Source: Buchnera aphidicola str. APS (Acyrthosiphon pisum) (lineage in GTDB: Bacteria; Pseudomonadota; Gammaproteobacteria; Enterobacterales; Enterobacteriaceae). From it: DNA of 32,000 nucleotides. Where the stretch lies: contig NC_002528.1 in assembly GCF_000009605.1 (NCBI RefSeq), positions 330,001 through 362,000 on the forward strand. The letters are read 5' to 3'. Under the pieces are notes generated by a model. The model made no database searches and was not told the origin of the DNA. It worked only from the letters and a program-made list of their open reading frames with translations. Shown here piece after piece: positions 22,679 to 31,709 of this stretch (its first letter is position 1; the number at the start of each line of letters is the position of its first letter). The position numbers were made by a program, and so were the translations under genes.

Positions 22679-23905
22679 ATGAAAAAACAATAGTATTGAT
22701 TTTCAATTTATTATTCTTTGTTCCACGTTAGTTAACAACAAAATATTTGAAAATACTGGGATATGTTATAAAAAATTATCAATTAACAGAATTTTATAGA
22801 CTTAATTATATTATAAAAATCTATACTCAATAGTTATTCTTAATACATACTTTATATATATAAAAAAATAGTGCCTATTCATAAAAAAAATAAATAATAC
22901 TAAATTTTCAAGAAAATTAAAAACATTTTTTAAAAATATAGTAGTAAATATGTTAAAACTGTTTAATATGCACTATAAGTGATACTTAGTTCAATTAAGA
23001 TTGATTTATGTTAAAAAAGATACTTTCTTATTAATTTTCTTGTGAAGTATATTTATAAATAATTTTTAAAAATATTATTTATCCATATTTTTTAAACAAT
23101 ACCTTAAATCTGAATAAAAATTTATAAATATAAAAAAATAAAGAATTAATCTTATAAAACAGAATTATCATATTTTTCTATAATTATCTAATATAAATAT
23201 TAGCGTTTTTGTTTATCATTTAGAATAAATACCAGAAAAGATAATTTTAAAATAATTAATATAAAAATATAAATAAAATAGTTTTATTTAAATTCTTTAT
23301 CATATATTTTTTAAATAGAATACCTTTAAAAAATATGATACATACGAAAAATATTTCTTTTAATTTTTTTATATATTTAATTTATTAAAATATAATGCAT
23401 TCATTACGTAATTGATTTCTTTATTCATACCTATTTGTTAGTTTTTAAAAAAATAAAAAGATTTTATAAAAAAAATTTATCTATTTTTAGAAATACATAT
23501 AATTTTTTAAATATTACTTAAAATTGATATTACTTAAAATAATTTTTTATTTTTATTAGAATTAACATTAAGTATTGAATACATTTTGATATTTAATTAA
23601 AATTCAACATAAATTTTTTCTGATTTTAAATAAAAATATATCAAAAGAAAAAATACAATTTTTAAAAAAATATTTTGAAATAATATTATTAAATGGTAAA
23701 TCTCCTTTATTTTATATTAAATATTCTTTTTTTCATTGAAAATTATAGAAAGATTTAAAAGAATCACATTTTTCACATGAAAAATGACATTTATCTTATA
23801 TTAATAATAAAAATTAATATATATAATATTCAAAAAATTTTTTAGTTTAAATGTAAAAATAAGAACAAAATACATGTAATCACGGAAACAAGTGTTAAAA
23901 AATAA
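22679..23905 (+). pseudogene. Putative heavily eroded gene relic. Synteny suggests yebA/mepM (M23 murein endopeptidase). No intact ORF remains.
   Basis: No ORF appears in the supplied track on either strand across 22608..23924, and my hand tally gives about 13% G+C. An ATG AAA AAA CAA TAG stub lies at 22679. A degenerate M23-like string ENYRKI*KNHIFHMK lies at 23738..23782, against the family motif GNTGRSTGPHLH(Y/F)E. An in-frame TAA follows 40 codons later (23903), similar to the 43 residues after HLHYE in E. coli MepM as I recall it. The identity is inferred and not demonstrated. Confidence 0.35.
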
Positions 23906-23924
23906 AATTTTTAATAATAAAAAA

Positions 23925-25367
23925 TCATACTACTTTTAAAATTCTACTAGTATTAGTTTTTCCGATTTTTCCCATAATATCACCTTGAGTTATAATAACT
24001 AACTCGCCACGACATAAAAAACCTCGTTTACGTAAAAGAACAATTGCTTCATTCGCAGCTTTAAAATTATTATTTTTACTATTAAAATATATAGGAGTCA
24101 CACCTCTATAAAGACTTGCTAAATTTAAAGTTTCTTTATTTTTTGATAAAGCAAAAATAGGCAATCCAGATGTAATCCTCGATGTCATTAGTGCAGTCTT
24201 ACCTGATTCTGTCATCGTTATAATTGCTGTAATACCTTTCAAATGATTAGCAACATACATTGCGGACATAGCAATTGCTTCTTCAATATCATCAAATTTT
24301 GCATGAATACGATGTCTAGATACATTAATACTAGGAACTTTTTCTGCACCTTTGCAAATTTTTGCCATTTTTATAACAGTTTCAGCTGGATATTCGCCTG
24401 ATGCTGTTTCAGCCGAAAGCATAACTGCATCACTGCCATCTAAAACAGCATTAGCTACATCCATAACTTCTGCACGAGTAGGTAATGGGTTAGTAATCAT
24501 AGATTCCATCATCTGTGTAGCAGTAATTACTATTCTATTTAATTGCCTAGCAGTTCGTATTAATTTTTTTTGAATACCTGCTAATTCAGAATCTCCAATT
24601 TCCACACCTAAATCGCCTCTAGCTATCATAATTGCATCTGATGCTAAAATTATATCTTCGATAGTATTTTGATTTAATACAGCTTCAGCACGTTCTATTT
24701 TAGCGATAATTTTAGCATTGCTACCAAATTCTTTAGCTAATTTTCTTGCTTGTTTCAAGTCATTACTGCATCGTGGGAAAGATATTGCTAAATAGTCTAC
24801 ATTAATTTCAGTTGCTAGGATTATATCCTTCTTGTCTTTTTCAGTTAACGCATCTGCAGATAAACCACCACCTAGTTTATTAATGCCTTTATTGTTAGAA
24901 AGTATTCCGCCGATAACAACTTTTGTTAATATTTCATGACCAGTTGATTTTATAACCTTTAATTGTATTCTTCCATCATCTAATAATAATACATCACCTA
25001 CTTTTAGATCATATGGTAACTGTTTATAATCAATTCCTACCCGTTCTTGATTTCCATTATTTTGATCTAAATTCGCATCTAATATAAAAAAATCACCAAC
25101 ATTCAAAAAAATATTATTTTTTATAAATTTAGAAATGCGAATTTTAGGACCTTGTAAATCGCCAAGCAATGCAATGTGAAAATTTAAACGAGTCATTATT
25201 TCTCGAGCTTGATTTGCTCTGGATTTATGTTCATCTTTTGAACCATGAGAGAAATTAAATCGAAGAACATTTACTCCAGAACGAATTATTTTTTCTAAAT
25301 TATTATTAATGTCTGTAGAAGGTCCTAAAGTAGCTACGATTTTTGTTCTTCTTAATCGATTTAACAT
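23925..25367 (-). CDS. pykA: Pyruvate kinase II
   Basis: [18 protein letters not shown] aligns with the E. coli PykA N-terminus [18 protein letters not shown] and gives 480 aa, equal to the E. coli length. The ATG at 25367 has an AAGG SD about 9 nt upstream. The signature [11 protein letters not shown] is present. The ORF-track start at 25403 adds 12 unsupported residues. Confidence 0.95.
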   Translation of the reverse strand: MLNRLRRTKIVATLGPSTDINNNLEKIIRSGVNVLRFNFSHGSKDEHKSRANQAREIMTRLNFHIALLGDLQGPKIRISKFIKNNIFLNVGDFFILDANLDQNNGNQERVGIDYKQLPYDLKVGDVLLLDDGRIQLKVIKSTGHEILTKVVIGGILSNNKGINKLGGGLSADALTEKDKKDIILATEINVDYLAISFPRCSNDLKQARKLAKEFGSNAKIIAKIERAEAVLNQNTIEDIILASDAIMIARGDLGVEIGDSELAGIQKKLIRTARQLNRIVITATQMMESMITNPLPTRAEVMDVANAVLDGSDAVMLSAETASGEYPAETVIKMAKICKGAEKVPSINVSRHRIHAKFDDIEEAIAMSAMYVANHLKGITAIITMTESGKTALMTSRITSGLPIFALSKNKETLNLASLYRGVTPIYFNSKNNNFKAANEAIVLLRKRGFLCRGELVIITQGDIMGKIGKTNTSRILKVV

Positions 25368-25649
25368 AAAATACGCCTTTATTGAAAGTTTCCAAAAAAA
25401 CATTTTTACACTTTTATATAAATACTAGTAATATAAAATATTTATTTTTATTTATTAAGTTCTTTAGTAAAATTAATTATAATAATTTTTTTTATAGGTA
25501 AAATTATAGAAAAAACATTAAATAATATATTTTAAAAAAATGTGTATATATTTTAACAGTTTTATAAAATCATTCCTCAAAAACCGCAATTTAAATTATT
25601 GCATTAAAATTTTAAATTTTATATGTAAATTTTTAAAAAAGAGAAAATT

Positions 25650-27125
25650 ATGATAATAGAAACAAATCACGCTTGCGATTTAGTAATTTTTGGCGCTAAA
25701 GGAGATCTAACAAAAAGAAAATTATTACCAGCTTTATATAAATTAGAAAAATCTAAAAAAATACATAAATATACACGCATTATCGCTTCTGGTCGTGCTG
25801 ATTGGAGCACAGAAGACTATATAGAAAAAATAAAAACAGAAGTAAAAAATTTTTTAAATGAAGAAATAAATGATCTTATTTGGAAAAATTTGAGTTCTCG
25901 TATATTTTTTTGTAATATTGATGTACATGAACCATTGCATTTTTTTAGACTAAAAACGATACTTAAACAAAAAAAAAATATCATAGTTTACTATTGCGCT
26001 GTTCCTTCTAATACGTTGAATTCTATTTTTATCGGTTTAGGAAATGCACATTTAAATTCTGTTCCATCGCGTATAGTATTAGAAAAACCATTAGGAGTTT
26101 GTTTGAAAACATCAAAAAAAATCAATGATCAAATTTCTAAATATTTTCTAGAATCGCAAATTTTTCGTATTGATCACTATTTAGGAAAAGAATCAATACT
26201 TAATCTTTTTGCTTTACGATTTTCTAATACATGTCTTTTTTATAATTGGAATAATAAAACAATTGATCATATTCAAATTACTGTATCTGAGGAAGTTGGA
26301 ATTGAAGATAGATGGAATTATTTTAATATGATGGGACAAATGAAAGATATGGTGCAAAATCATCTTTTACAAATATTAACTATTCTTACGATGGATCAAC
26401 CAAAAAATATTAGTTCTGAAAGTATTCAACATGAAAAAGTAAAAATACTACGTTCTTTAAACCCCATTAATATTCATAACATAAATAAAAAAACTGTTCG
26501 AGGACAATATTGTTCAGGAGTTATCAACGAGAAAAAAGTACCTTCTTATTTAGAAGAAAATGGTGCAAATAAAAATAGTTTAACTGAAACCTTTGTTGCT
26601 ATAAAAGTTGATCTAAATAATAAGCAATGGTCCGGTGTCCCATTTTACCTTAGAACTGGAAAACGTTTAGCACATAAATATTCTGAAATAGTCGTTTTTT
26701 TTAAGAAAAAACCTACAAATTTGTTTAAAAATTTAAATTCAGAATTATTACAAAATAAATTAATTATACGCTTAGAACCTAATCCAAATATTATATTTGA
26801 TTTTTCAGTAAAAGCACCAGGATTAGAACAAGAATATAAAATAGAAAATTCCCAGCTAAAATCCAGTCAATTTAGTAAGAAATATTCTAAAAATTCAATT
26901 GATGCTTACGAAAGATTGTTATTTGAAATTATGAGAGGTGTACAATCTTTATTCGTATGCCGAGATGAAATAGAAGCTGCGTGGAAATGGATAGATCCCA
27001 TCATACATGCATGGAAAAATTCTAAAAATAATGCCCCTCAATTATATATGTCTGGTACTTGGGGGCCTAAAAATTCTGATTTGCTACTTGCTCATGATGG
27101 TCGTGTTTGGTATGAATTTCATTAA
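25650..27125 (+). CDS. zwf: Glucose-6-phosphate 1-dehydrogenase
   Basis: The 491-aa ORF has the same length as E. coli Zwf. It has NADP site ACDLVIFGAKGDLTKRKLLPALY, active-site signature RIDHYLGKE and the block VQNHLLQIL. Confidence 0.96.
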   Translation: MIIETNHACDLVIFGAKGDLTKRKLLPALYKLEKSKKIHKYTRIIASGRADWSTEDYIEKIKTEVKNFLNEEINDLIWKNLSSRIFFCNIDVHEPLHFFRLKTILKQKKNIIVYYCAVPSNTLNSIFIGLGNAHLNSVPSRIVLEKPLGVCLKTSKKINDQISKYFLESQIFRIDHYLGKESILNLFALRFSNTCLFYNWNNKTIDHIQITVSEEVGIEDRWNYFNMMGQMKDMVQNHLLQILTILTMDQPKNISSESIQHEKVKILRSLNPINIHNINKKTVRGQYCSGVINEKKVPSYLEENGANKNSLTETFVAIKVDLNNKQWSGVPFYLRTGKRLAHKYSEIVVFFKKKPTNLFKNLNSELLQNKLIIRLEPNPNIIFDFSVKAPGLEQEYKIENSQLKSSQFSKKYSKNSIDAYERLLFEIMRGVQSLFVCRDEIEAAWKWIDPIIHAWKNSKNNAPQLYMSGTWGPKNSDLLLAHDGRVWYEFH

Positions 27126-27257
27126 AAAAATCTTAAAAAATTTATCCATCTTGACTTAATTAAGATAACTATGATAGCTTAAAAATTAATTTTTTAATAT
27201 TTTTTATAAATTAAAATAACATAAAAAAAATACAGGTTTTCATATTAAAAATATTTA

Positions 27258-27285
27258 GTTTAAAATACATGAAAACACCCATCTT
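27258..27285 (+). promoter_or_regulatory. Weak sigma-32-like promoter candidate upstream of htpX
   Basis: GTTTAAA (27258..27264) compares with the -35 consensus CTTGAAA. After 12-13 nt comes ACCCATCT (27277..27284), compared with the -10 consensus CCCCATNT. SD GAGGA at 27293..27297 and the ATG at 27310 follow. This is only a pattern match in AT-rich DNA. Confidence 0.25.
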
Positions 27286-27309
27286 GCTAATCGAGGAAGA
27301 TAATATCTT

Positions 27310-28188
27310 ATGACTCGTATTGTTCTTTTCTTATTAACTAATTTAGCAGTTATGTTAATATTTAGTCTAATTCTTTTCCTGACAGGTATTCAATCTAATA
27401 CTATTTATGGTTTATTAATTATGTCAGGTTTATTTGGTTTTAGTGGTTCTATTTTATCGTTAATTTTATCAAAGTGGATTGCGTTGCGTTCTGTAAATGG
27501 GGAAATCATCACTCATCCACGAAATGAAGTAGAAAGTTGGCTTATTAATACTGTACGTCAACAATCAATTCAAAAAGGTATTATTATGCCCCAAATTGCA
27601 GTATATCATGCGACTGATATTAATGCATTTGCAACAGGTGCACGTCGTAATTCTGCTCTAATTGCTGTTTCTACAGGATTATTAGAAAATATGACTCATC
27701 ATGAAGCAGAAGCAGTAATTGCTCATGAAATTAGTCATATCGCAAATGGTGACATGATTACTATGACCTTAGTACAAGGTGTTGTTAACACTTTTGTGAT
27801 TTTTATATCTCGTTTTCTTTCACAAATCATAAGCAATGTCATGTCAAGCAATCGAAATGAGAATAATACAGAAGAAAAAAACTCTTTCGTATATTTTTTA
27901 GTTTCTACATTTCTAGAATTAATTTTTGGAATTTTAGCCAGTATTATTACTATGTGGTTCTCCAGACATCGTGAATTTTATGCTGATGCTAGTTCTGCGA
28001 AAATGGTAGGTCGCGAAAAAATGATTGCTGCTTTGAATCGTTTAAAAACAAGTCATGAACCCCAAGAATCTGATAGTATGATTGCATTTTGTATCAACGG
28101 AAAATCCAAATCTTTTTTAAAATTATTTGCATCTCATCCTTCTTTAGAAAACAGGATAGAGGCATTATATAATCAAGAATATATGTAG
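27310..28188 (+). CDS. htpX: Membrane zinc metalloprotease HtpX
   Basis: 292-aa ORF (E. coli 293 aa) with N-terminus [13 protein letters not shown], zinc site [10 protein letters not shown] (HExxH), two pairs of transmembrane segments and a C-terminal [11 protein letters not shown]. Confidence 0.94.
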   Translation: MTRIVLFLLTNLAVMLIFSLILFLTGIQSNTIYGLLIMSGLFGFSGSILSLILSKWIALRSVNGEIITHPRNEVESWLINTVRQQSIQKGIIMPQIAVYHATDINAFATGARRNSALIAVSTGLLENMTHHEAEAVIAHEISHIANGDMITMTLVQGVVNTFVIFISRFLSQIISNVMSSNRNENNTEEKNSFVYFLVSTFLELIFGILASIITMWFSRHREFYADASSAKMVGREKMIAALNRLKTSHEPQESDSMIAFCINGKSKSFLKLFASHPSLENRIEALYNQEYM

Positions 28189-28202
28189 TATAAATCTATC
28201 TC

Positions 28203-28238
28203 TCTTAATAGAAGTATAGAAATATATTTCTATTAAGA
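28203..28238 (+). repeat. 11-bp inverted repeat just after the htpX stop
   Basis: TCTTAATAGAA (28203..28213) / TTCTATTAAGA (28228..28238) with a 14-nt loop. An A-rich sequence rather than a T-run follows, so terminator function is uncertain. Confidence 0.35.
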
Positions 28239-28288
28239 AAATTAAAAAATTGAAACATATAAAACTATTTTTTAAAAGAAATTTAAAT

Positions 28289-28316
28289 TTGCTTTTTTAA
28301 ACAAAAATGTTATAAT
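28289..28316 (+). promoter_or_regulatory. Candidate sigma-70 promoter with extended -10 for cspC
   Basis: TTGCTT (28289..28294), a 16-nt spacer ending in TGT, then TATAAT (28311..28316), giving the extended -10 TGnTATAAT. This would produce a 5' leader of about 210 nt. Chance promoter-like strings are common at this A+T content. Confidence 0.35.
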
Positions 28317-28536
28317 ATAAAAACATTACGCTTTTTATTATTAAATAAATTTTTCTAGGTAAAAATAAGTTACAATTCTGTTATGCATAGAATATTAAAT
28401 TTAAAAAAGTTTAGAGTAAAGACGTTGATACAGCTTCTCTTGCCAAATCTTAAATTCATGCCCTATACAGTAATGTTTCTGTTTTCTCCGTAAAATTAGC
28501 AATAAGACTGATAAATATTCTTAAGGAAATTACAAA

Positions 28537-28746
28537 ATGGCTAAGATTAAAGGTCAAGTTAAGTGGTTCAACGAATCTAAAGGTTTTGGTTTTATTACAC
28601 CATCAGACGGAAGTAAAGACGTTTTTGTTCACTTTTCTTCAATTCAGGGGAATGGATTTAAAACATTAACTGAAGGCCAAAATGTTGAATTTGAAATTCA
28701 AGATGGACAAAAAGGACCTGCCGCAGTAAATGTTTTTTCTCTATAA
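28537..28746 (+). CDS. cspC: Cold-shock-domain protein CspC
   Basis: The 69-aa ORF is nearly identical by eye to E. coli CspC ([66 protein letters not shown]...). It has RNP1 KGFGFI and RNP2 VFVHF. SD AAGGA is upstream. Confidence 0.97.
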   Translation: MAKIKGQVKWFNESKGFGFITPSDGSKDVFVHFSSIQGNGFKTLTEGQNVEFEIQDGQKGPAAVNVFSL

Positions 28747-28778
28747 AAAATATTACTTAATAAAAAATTTTTAAAAGC

Positions 28779-28811
28779 CCTCTGTTAAACAATCAGAGGA
28801 CTTTGTTTTTT
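28779..28811 (+). terminator. Intrinsic terminator after cspC
   Basis: CCTCTG (28779..28784) pairs with CAGAGG (28794..28799) across a 9-nt loop, followed by ACTTTGTTTTTT (T6 at 28806..28811). Confidence 0.6.
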
Positions 28812-29048
28812 AAATTTTTAAAATAACATATTTTATATATAAACAAGATAATCTGTTTTGATATTAAAATACTTATATTGTAACCTCTAAATACATTTAT
28901 TATTAATAATAATTTTAAAATAAATACTAACTTCATAAATTAATTCTTCAAAAATATATTCATTCACATGACCTTTTTTTATCAAAAATATCTTTAATCT
29001 TCTAGATATAATAAATCGATACATCCTATTTTTTATGGAGTTTTTCTG

Positions 29049-30614
29049 ATGGAGTTTTTTTTAGACCCGTCAACTTGGGCCGGCTTATTAACACTAGTTA
29101 TACTAGAAGTGGTATTGGGAATAGATAATTTGATATTTGTAGCAATTTTATCAGAAAAACTACCTCCTAATCAAAGAGATAAAGCACGTTTAATCGGTTT
29201 AGGATTAGCTCTGGTAATGCGTTTGGCATTGCTATCATTAATATCTTGGATTGTAACACTTAATTCTCCTATTGTTCATAATAAATTTTTCTCTTTATCA
29301 ATACGTGATATCATTCTTTTATTTGGTGGGTTTTTTTTACTATTCAAAACTACAATGGAATTACATGAAAGATTAGAAAATAATCATCATGAAAATTCAG
29401 AAAACAAAAATTATGCAGGGTTTTGGGCGGTAGTTATTCAAATCGTTGTTTTAGATGCAGTATTTTCTTTGGATGCAATAATAACAGCTGTTGGAATGGT
29501 TAATCAGTTATTAATTATGATGATAGCAGTTATATTGGCAACATTTCTTATGTTATTAGCATCCAAAGCATTAACTAACTTTATCAACCTCCATCAAACA
29601 GTAGTCGTACTATGTCTTAGTTTTTTATTAATGATTGGTTTTAGTTTAGTCACAGAAGCGTTAAGATTTTGTATTCCAAAAGGATACTTATATGCCGCGA
29701 TAGGATTTTCTATTTTAATTGAAATTTTCAATCAAATAGCACGTCATAATTTTATGAAGAATCAATCTAGAAGACCGATGAGACAAAGGGCGGCAGAAGC
29801 AATTCTGAGATTAATGGTAGGAGAACAAAACAAAAAACAACAAATAAAAAAAATAGAAATAAATAGTCAAAAGACTGATTCTATTCAATCGTCAAAAGAA
29901 ATGGAAACGTTTAAAGATGAAGAGAGATATATGATTAATGGTGTTCTTACGTTAGCCGGACGATCTATTAGAAGTATTATGACTCCACGTAGTAATATCT
30001 CTTGGGTAAATACAGAAAAAAATACTGATGAAATTCGCATGCAATTGTTAGATACACCACATAGTTTATTTCCAGTATGTAAAGGAGAGTTAGATGAAAT
30101 AATAGGGATCGTACGTGCTAAAGAATTATTAGTAGCTATTGAAAAAAAAATAGACGCATCTACTTTTTCTAGTAAAATACTACCAATTATTATACCAGAC
30201 ACACTTGATCCTATTAAACTTCTGGGCGTACTTCGTCGTGCACAAGGTAGTTTTGTAATTGTTAGTAATGAATTTGGAGTAGTACAAGGATTAATTACTC
30301 CATTAGATGTTTTAGAAGCTATAGCAGGAGAATTTCCAGATGCTGATGAAACACCAGATATTATACAAGAAAATAACAGCTGGCTAGTAAAAGGCGAAAC
30401 AGATTTACATTCATTACAGCAATTACTTAATACTGAAGAATTGATTAAAGAAGATAATTATGCCTCTTTAGGAGGATTATTAATTGCTCAAAAAGGTCAA
30501 TTACCTATTCCAGGAGAAATAATTCATATTCATCCTTTTTATTTTCATATTGTTAAAGCAACAGAATATCGTATTGATTTAGTTAGAATTATTAAAAATC
30601 AAGATGACAATTAA
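29049..30614 (+). CDS. yoaE: TerC-family integral membrane protein with C-terminal CBS pair and CorC/HlyC transporter-associated domain
   Basis: 521-aa [51 protein letters not shown] matches E. coli Yoa[49 protein letters not shown]. The N-terminal half is hydrophobic. The CBS-like region starts near [11 protein letters not shown], and the C-terminal region follows [12 protein letters not shown]. Confidence 0.92.
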   Translation: MEFFLDPSTWAGLLTLVILEVVLGIDNLIFVAILSEKLPPNQRDKARLIGLGLALVMRLALLSLISWIVTLNSPIVHNKFFSLSIRDIILLFGGFFLLFKTTMELHERLENNHHENSENKNYAGFWAVVIQIVVLDAVFSLDAIITAVGMVNQLLIMMIAVILATFLMLLASKALTNFINLHQTVVVLCLSFLLMIGFSLVTEALRFCIPKGYLYAAIGFSILIEIFNQIARHNFMKNQSRRPMRQRAAEAILRLMVGEQNKKQQIKKIEINSQKTDSIQSSKEMETFKDEERYMINGVLTLAGRSIRSIMTPRSNISWVNTEKNTDEIRMQLLDTPHSLFPVCKGELDEIIGIVRAKELLVAIEKKIDASTFSSKILPIIIPDTLDPIKLLGVLRRAQGSFVIVSNEFGVVQGLITPLDVLEAIAGEFPDADETPDIIQENNSWLVKGETDLHSLQQLLNTEELIKEDNYASLGGLLIAQKGQLPIPGEIIHIHPFYFHIVKATEYRIDLVRIIKNQDDN

Positions 30615-30643
30615 AAAATTTAAAATAATTTTTTGAGAAAAGT

Positions 30644-31309
30644 ATGTCCAATATAATTTTATCAATTGAAAGCTCATTAGACTGTTGCTCAGTTGCTATA
30701 TACAAAAACGAGTATATTCATTCTTTATCAGAGAAATGCAAAAAAAAACATACTACACACATATTACCTATGATTAAAGAAATATTATCGCAAACTAAAA
30801 CAGAATTTAAAGAGTTGAATTATGTTTCCTTTTCTAAAGGACCCGGAAATTTTACAAGTATACGAATTGCAGCAAGTATTGCACAAAGTCTATCTATCAG
30901 TTTAAAAATTCCTATAATCAGTGTTTCTACTTTAGCAATTATGGCTGAGAAAACATTTCGGAAATATAAACAAAAAGATGTAATAGTTGCAATACATGCA
31001 AAAAAAAAACAAGTATATTGGGCAAAATATACAAGAAATAAAAACTCTATTTGGATAGGAGAATACACTGAATCTTTATTAGAAAAAAAAATAATTCAAG
31101 AAAAAATTGAAAATTTAAAAAAAAGATGGACTTTAGTTAGTGATCAATCTGAACTAATTGAATTTCAAAACATATTAAATGTAAAAAAAAATTATGTTTT
31201 CCTTCCTAATGCAAAAGATATAATACCATTTGTCTTATTAAAAATAAAAAATAAAAACAAGTCATTTTCTATAGAAAATAATATAAATTATTTATATAAT
31301 CAGTTTTAG
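30644..31309 (+). CDS. tsaB: tRNA threonylcarbamoyladenosine (t6A) biosynthesis protein TsaB
   Basis: 221-aa ORF. The N-terminal ILSIESSLDCCSVAIY ... H...ILPMIKEIL and the block GPGNFTSIRIAASIAQ match YeaZ/TsaB (E. coli ILAIDTATEACSVAL ... GPGSFTGVRIG). Confidence 0.88.
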   Translation: MSNIILSIESSLDCCSVAIYKNEYIHSLSEKCKKKHTTHILPMIKEILSQTKTEFKELNYVSFSKGPGNFTSIRIAASIAQSLSISLKIPIISVSTLAIMAEKTFRKYKQKDVIVAIHAKKKQVYWAKYTRNKNSIWIGEYTESLLEKKIIQEKIENLKKRWTLVSDQSELIEFQNILNVKKNYVFLPNAKDIIPFVLLKIKNKNKSFSIENNINYLYNQF

Positions 31310-31332
31310 AAAAACCTTATTATTTATATAAT

Positions 31333-31379
31333 AAAAAACAATCAATGCTGAAATATTAAATATACTTCAGTATTGATTG
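31333..31379 (-). terminator. Intrinsic terminator for the min operon, positioned between convergent tsaB and minE
   Basis: 14-bp stem CAATCAATGCTGAA (31339..31352) / TTCAGTATTGATTG (31366..31379) with one G:U pair and a 13-nt loop. On the minus strand it is followed immediately by T6 (A6 at 31333..31338 on +). Confidence 0.55.
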
Positions 31380-31454
31380 AACTAAATTTACAGTAAATAA
31401 TGAAATTCAAATTAAAATATTTTTTTGTTTTAAAATATACATTTATTTAAAAAT

Positions 31455-31706
31455 TTAATCAGGTAAAATAATATTTAACTCTAATATAGAAATATCTTCG
31501 TTTTTTTGATCTAATTGAACAGTTACCATATTCGGTTCTATATTTACGTATTTACAAATAACAGATAGTATTTCACGTTTTAATTGTGGAAAATAATCTG
31601 GTTCGTTGTTGTATTTTCTTTGTTCTGCAACAATTATTTGTAATCTTTCTTTTGCAACATTAGCAGTGTTTTTGTTCCGGGATAAAAAAAAATCCAATAA
31701 AGCCAT
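31455..31706 (-). CDS. minE: Cell division topological specificity factor MinE
   Basis: 83-aa [31 protein letters not shown] matches the E. coli MinE N-terminus [30 protein letters not shown]. It starts 3 nt after the minD stop. Confidence 0.94.
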   Translation of the reverse strand: MALLDFFLSRNKNTANVAKERLQIIVAEQRKYNNEPDYFPQLKREILSVICKYVNIEPNMVTVQLDQKNEDISILELNIILPD

Positions 31707-31709
31707 ACT

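Noticed and set aside
22608-22700. A Zur box in the znuC upstream region (AT-rich near-palindrome CTAATATTATAGGATAT)
   Set aside because: The resemblance to the Zur operator palindrome as I recall it is poor. Such AT palindromes are abundant by chance here, and reduced symbiont genomes generally lack zur.
23511-23540. A tandem 14-bp direct repeat (ATATTACTTAAAAT TG ATATTACTTAAAAT), and an AAA ATT GAT ATT ACT (KIDIT) string considered as a ghost of the M23 HxxxD motif (RGVDFA)
   Set aside because: The candidate motif lies inside a simple direct repeat. It is in a different frame from the HxH ghost, about 14 nt off the expected spacing, and lacks the His. It cannot be distinguished from chance in AT-rich DNA. 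The repeat itself looks like a local slippage duplication in decaying sequence.
24352-24573. 73-aa ORF antisense to pykA
   Set aside because: It lies opposite the conserved pykA core. Its Ala/Ser/Ile-rich sequence mirrors the sense-strand codons.
25368-25403. 12-codon N-terminal extension of pykA ([12 protein letters not shown]) in the ORF track
   Set aside because: E. coli PykA aligns from the internal Met ([11 protein letters not shown]), which gives exactly 480 aa and has an AAGG SD upstream. The extension is probably just open frame.
27145-27175. TTGACT -35-like hexamer downstream of zwf, considered as an htpX sigma-70 promoter
   Set aside because: The nearest -10-like hexamer (TATGAT) is only 13 nt away, and no properly spaced partner exists.
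28421-28433. A cold-box-like string GACGTTGATACAG in the cspC leader, against the cspA cold box TGACGTACAGA
   Set aside because: The match requires a 3-4 nt insertion. cspC is not a cold-box-regulated member in E. coli to my knowledge. It is too weak to call.
29885-30202. 105-aa ORF antisense to yoaE
   Set aside because: It is embedded opposite the CBS-domain region of yoaE, with no SD and no recognisable family.
30820-31068. 82-aa ORF antisense to tsaB
   Set aside because: It is embedded opposite tsaB. The hydrophobic, low-complexity translation is a shadow ORF.
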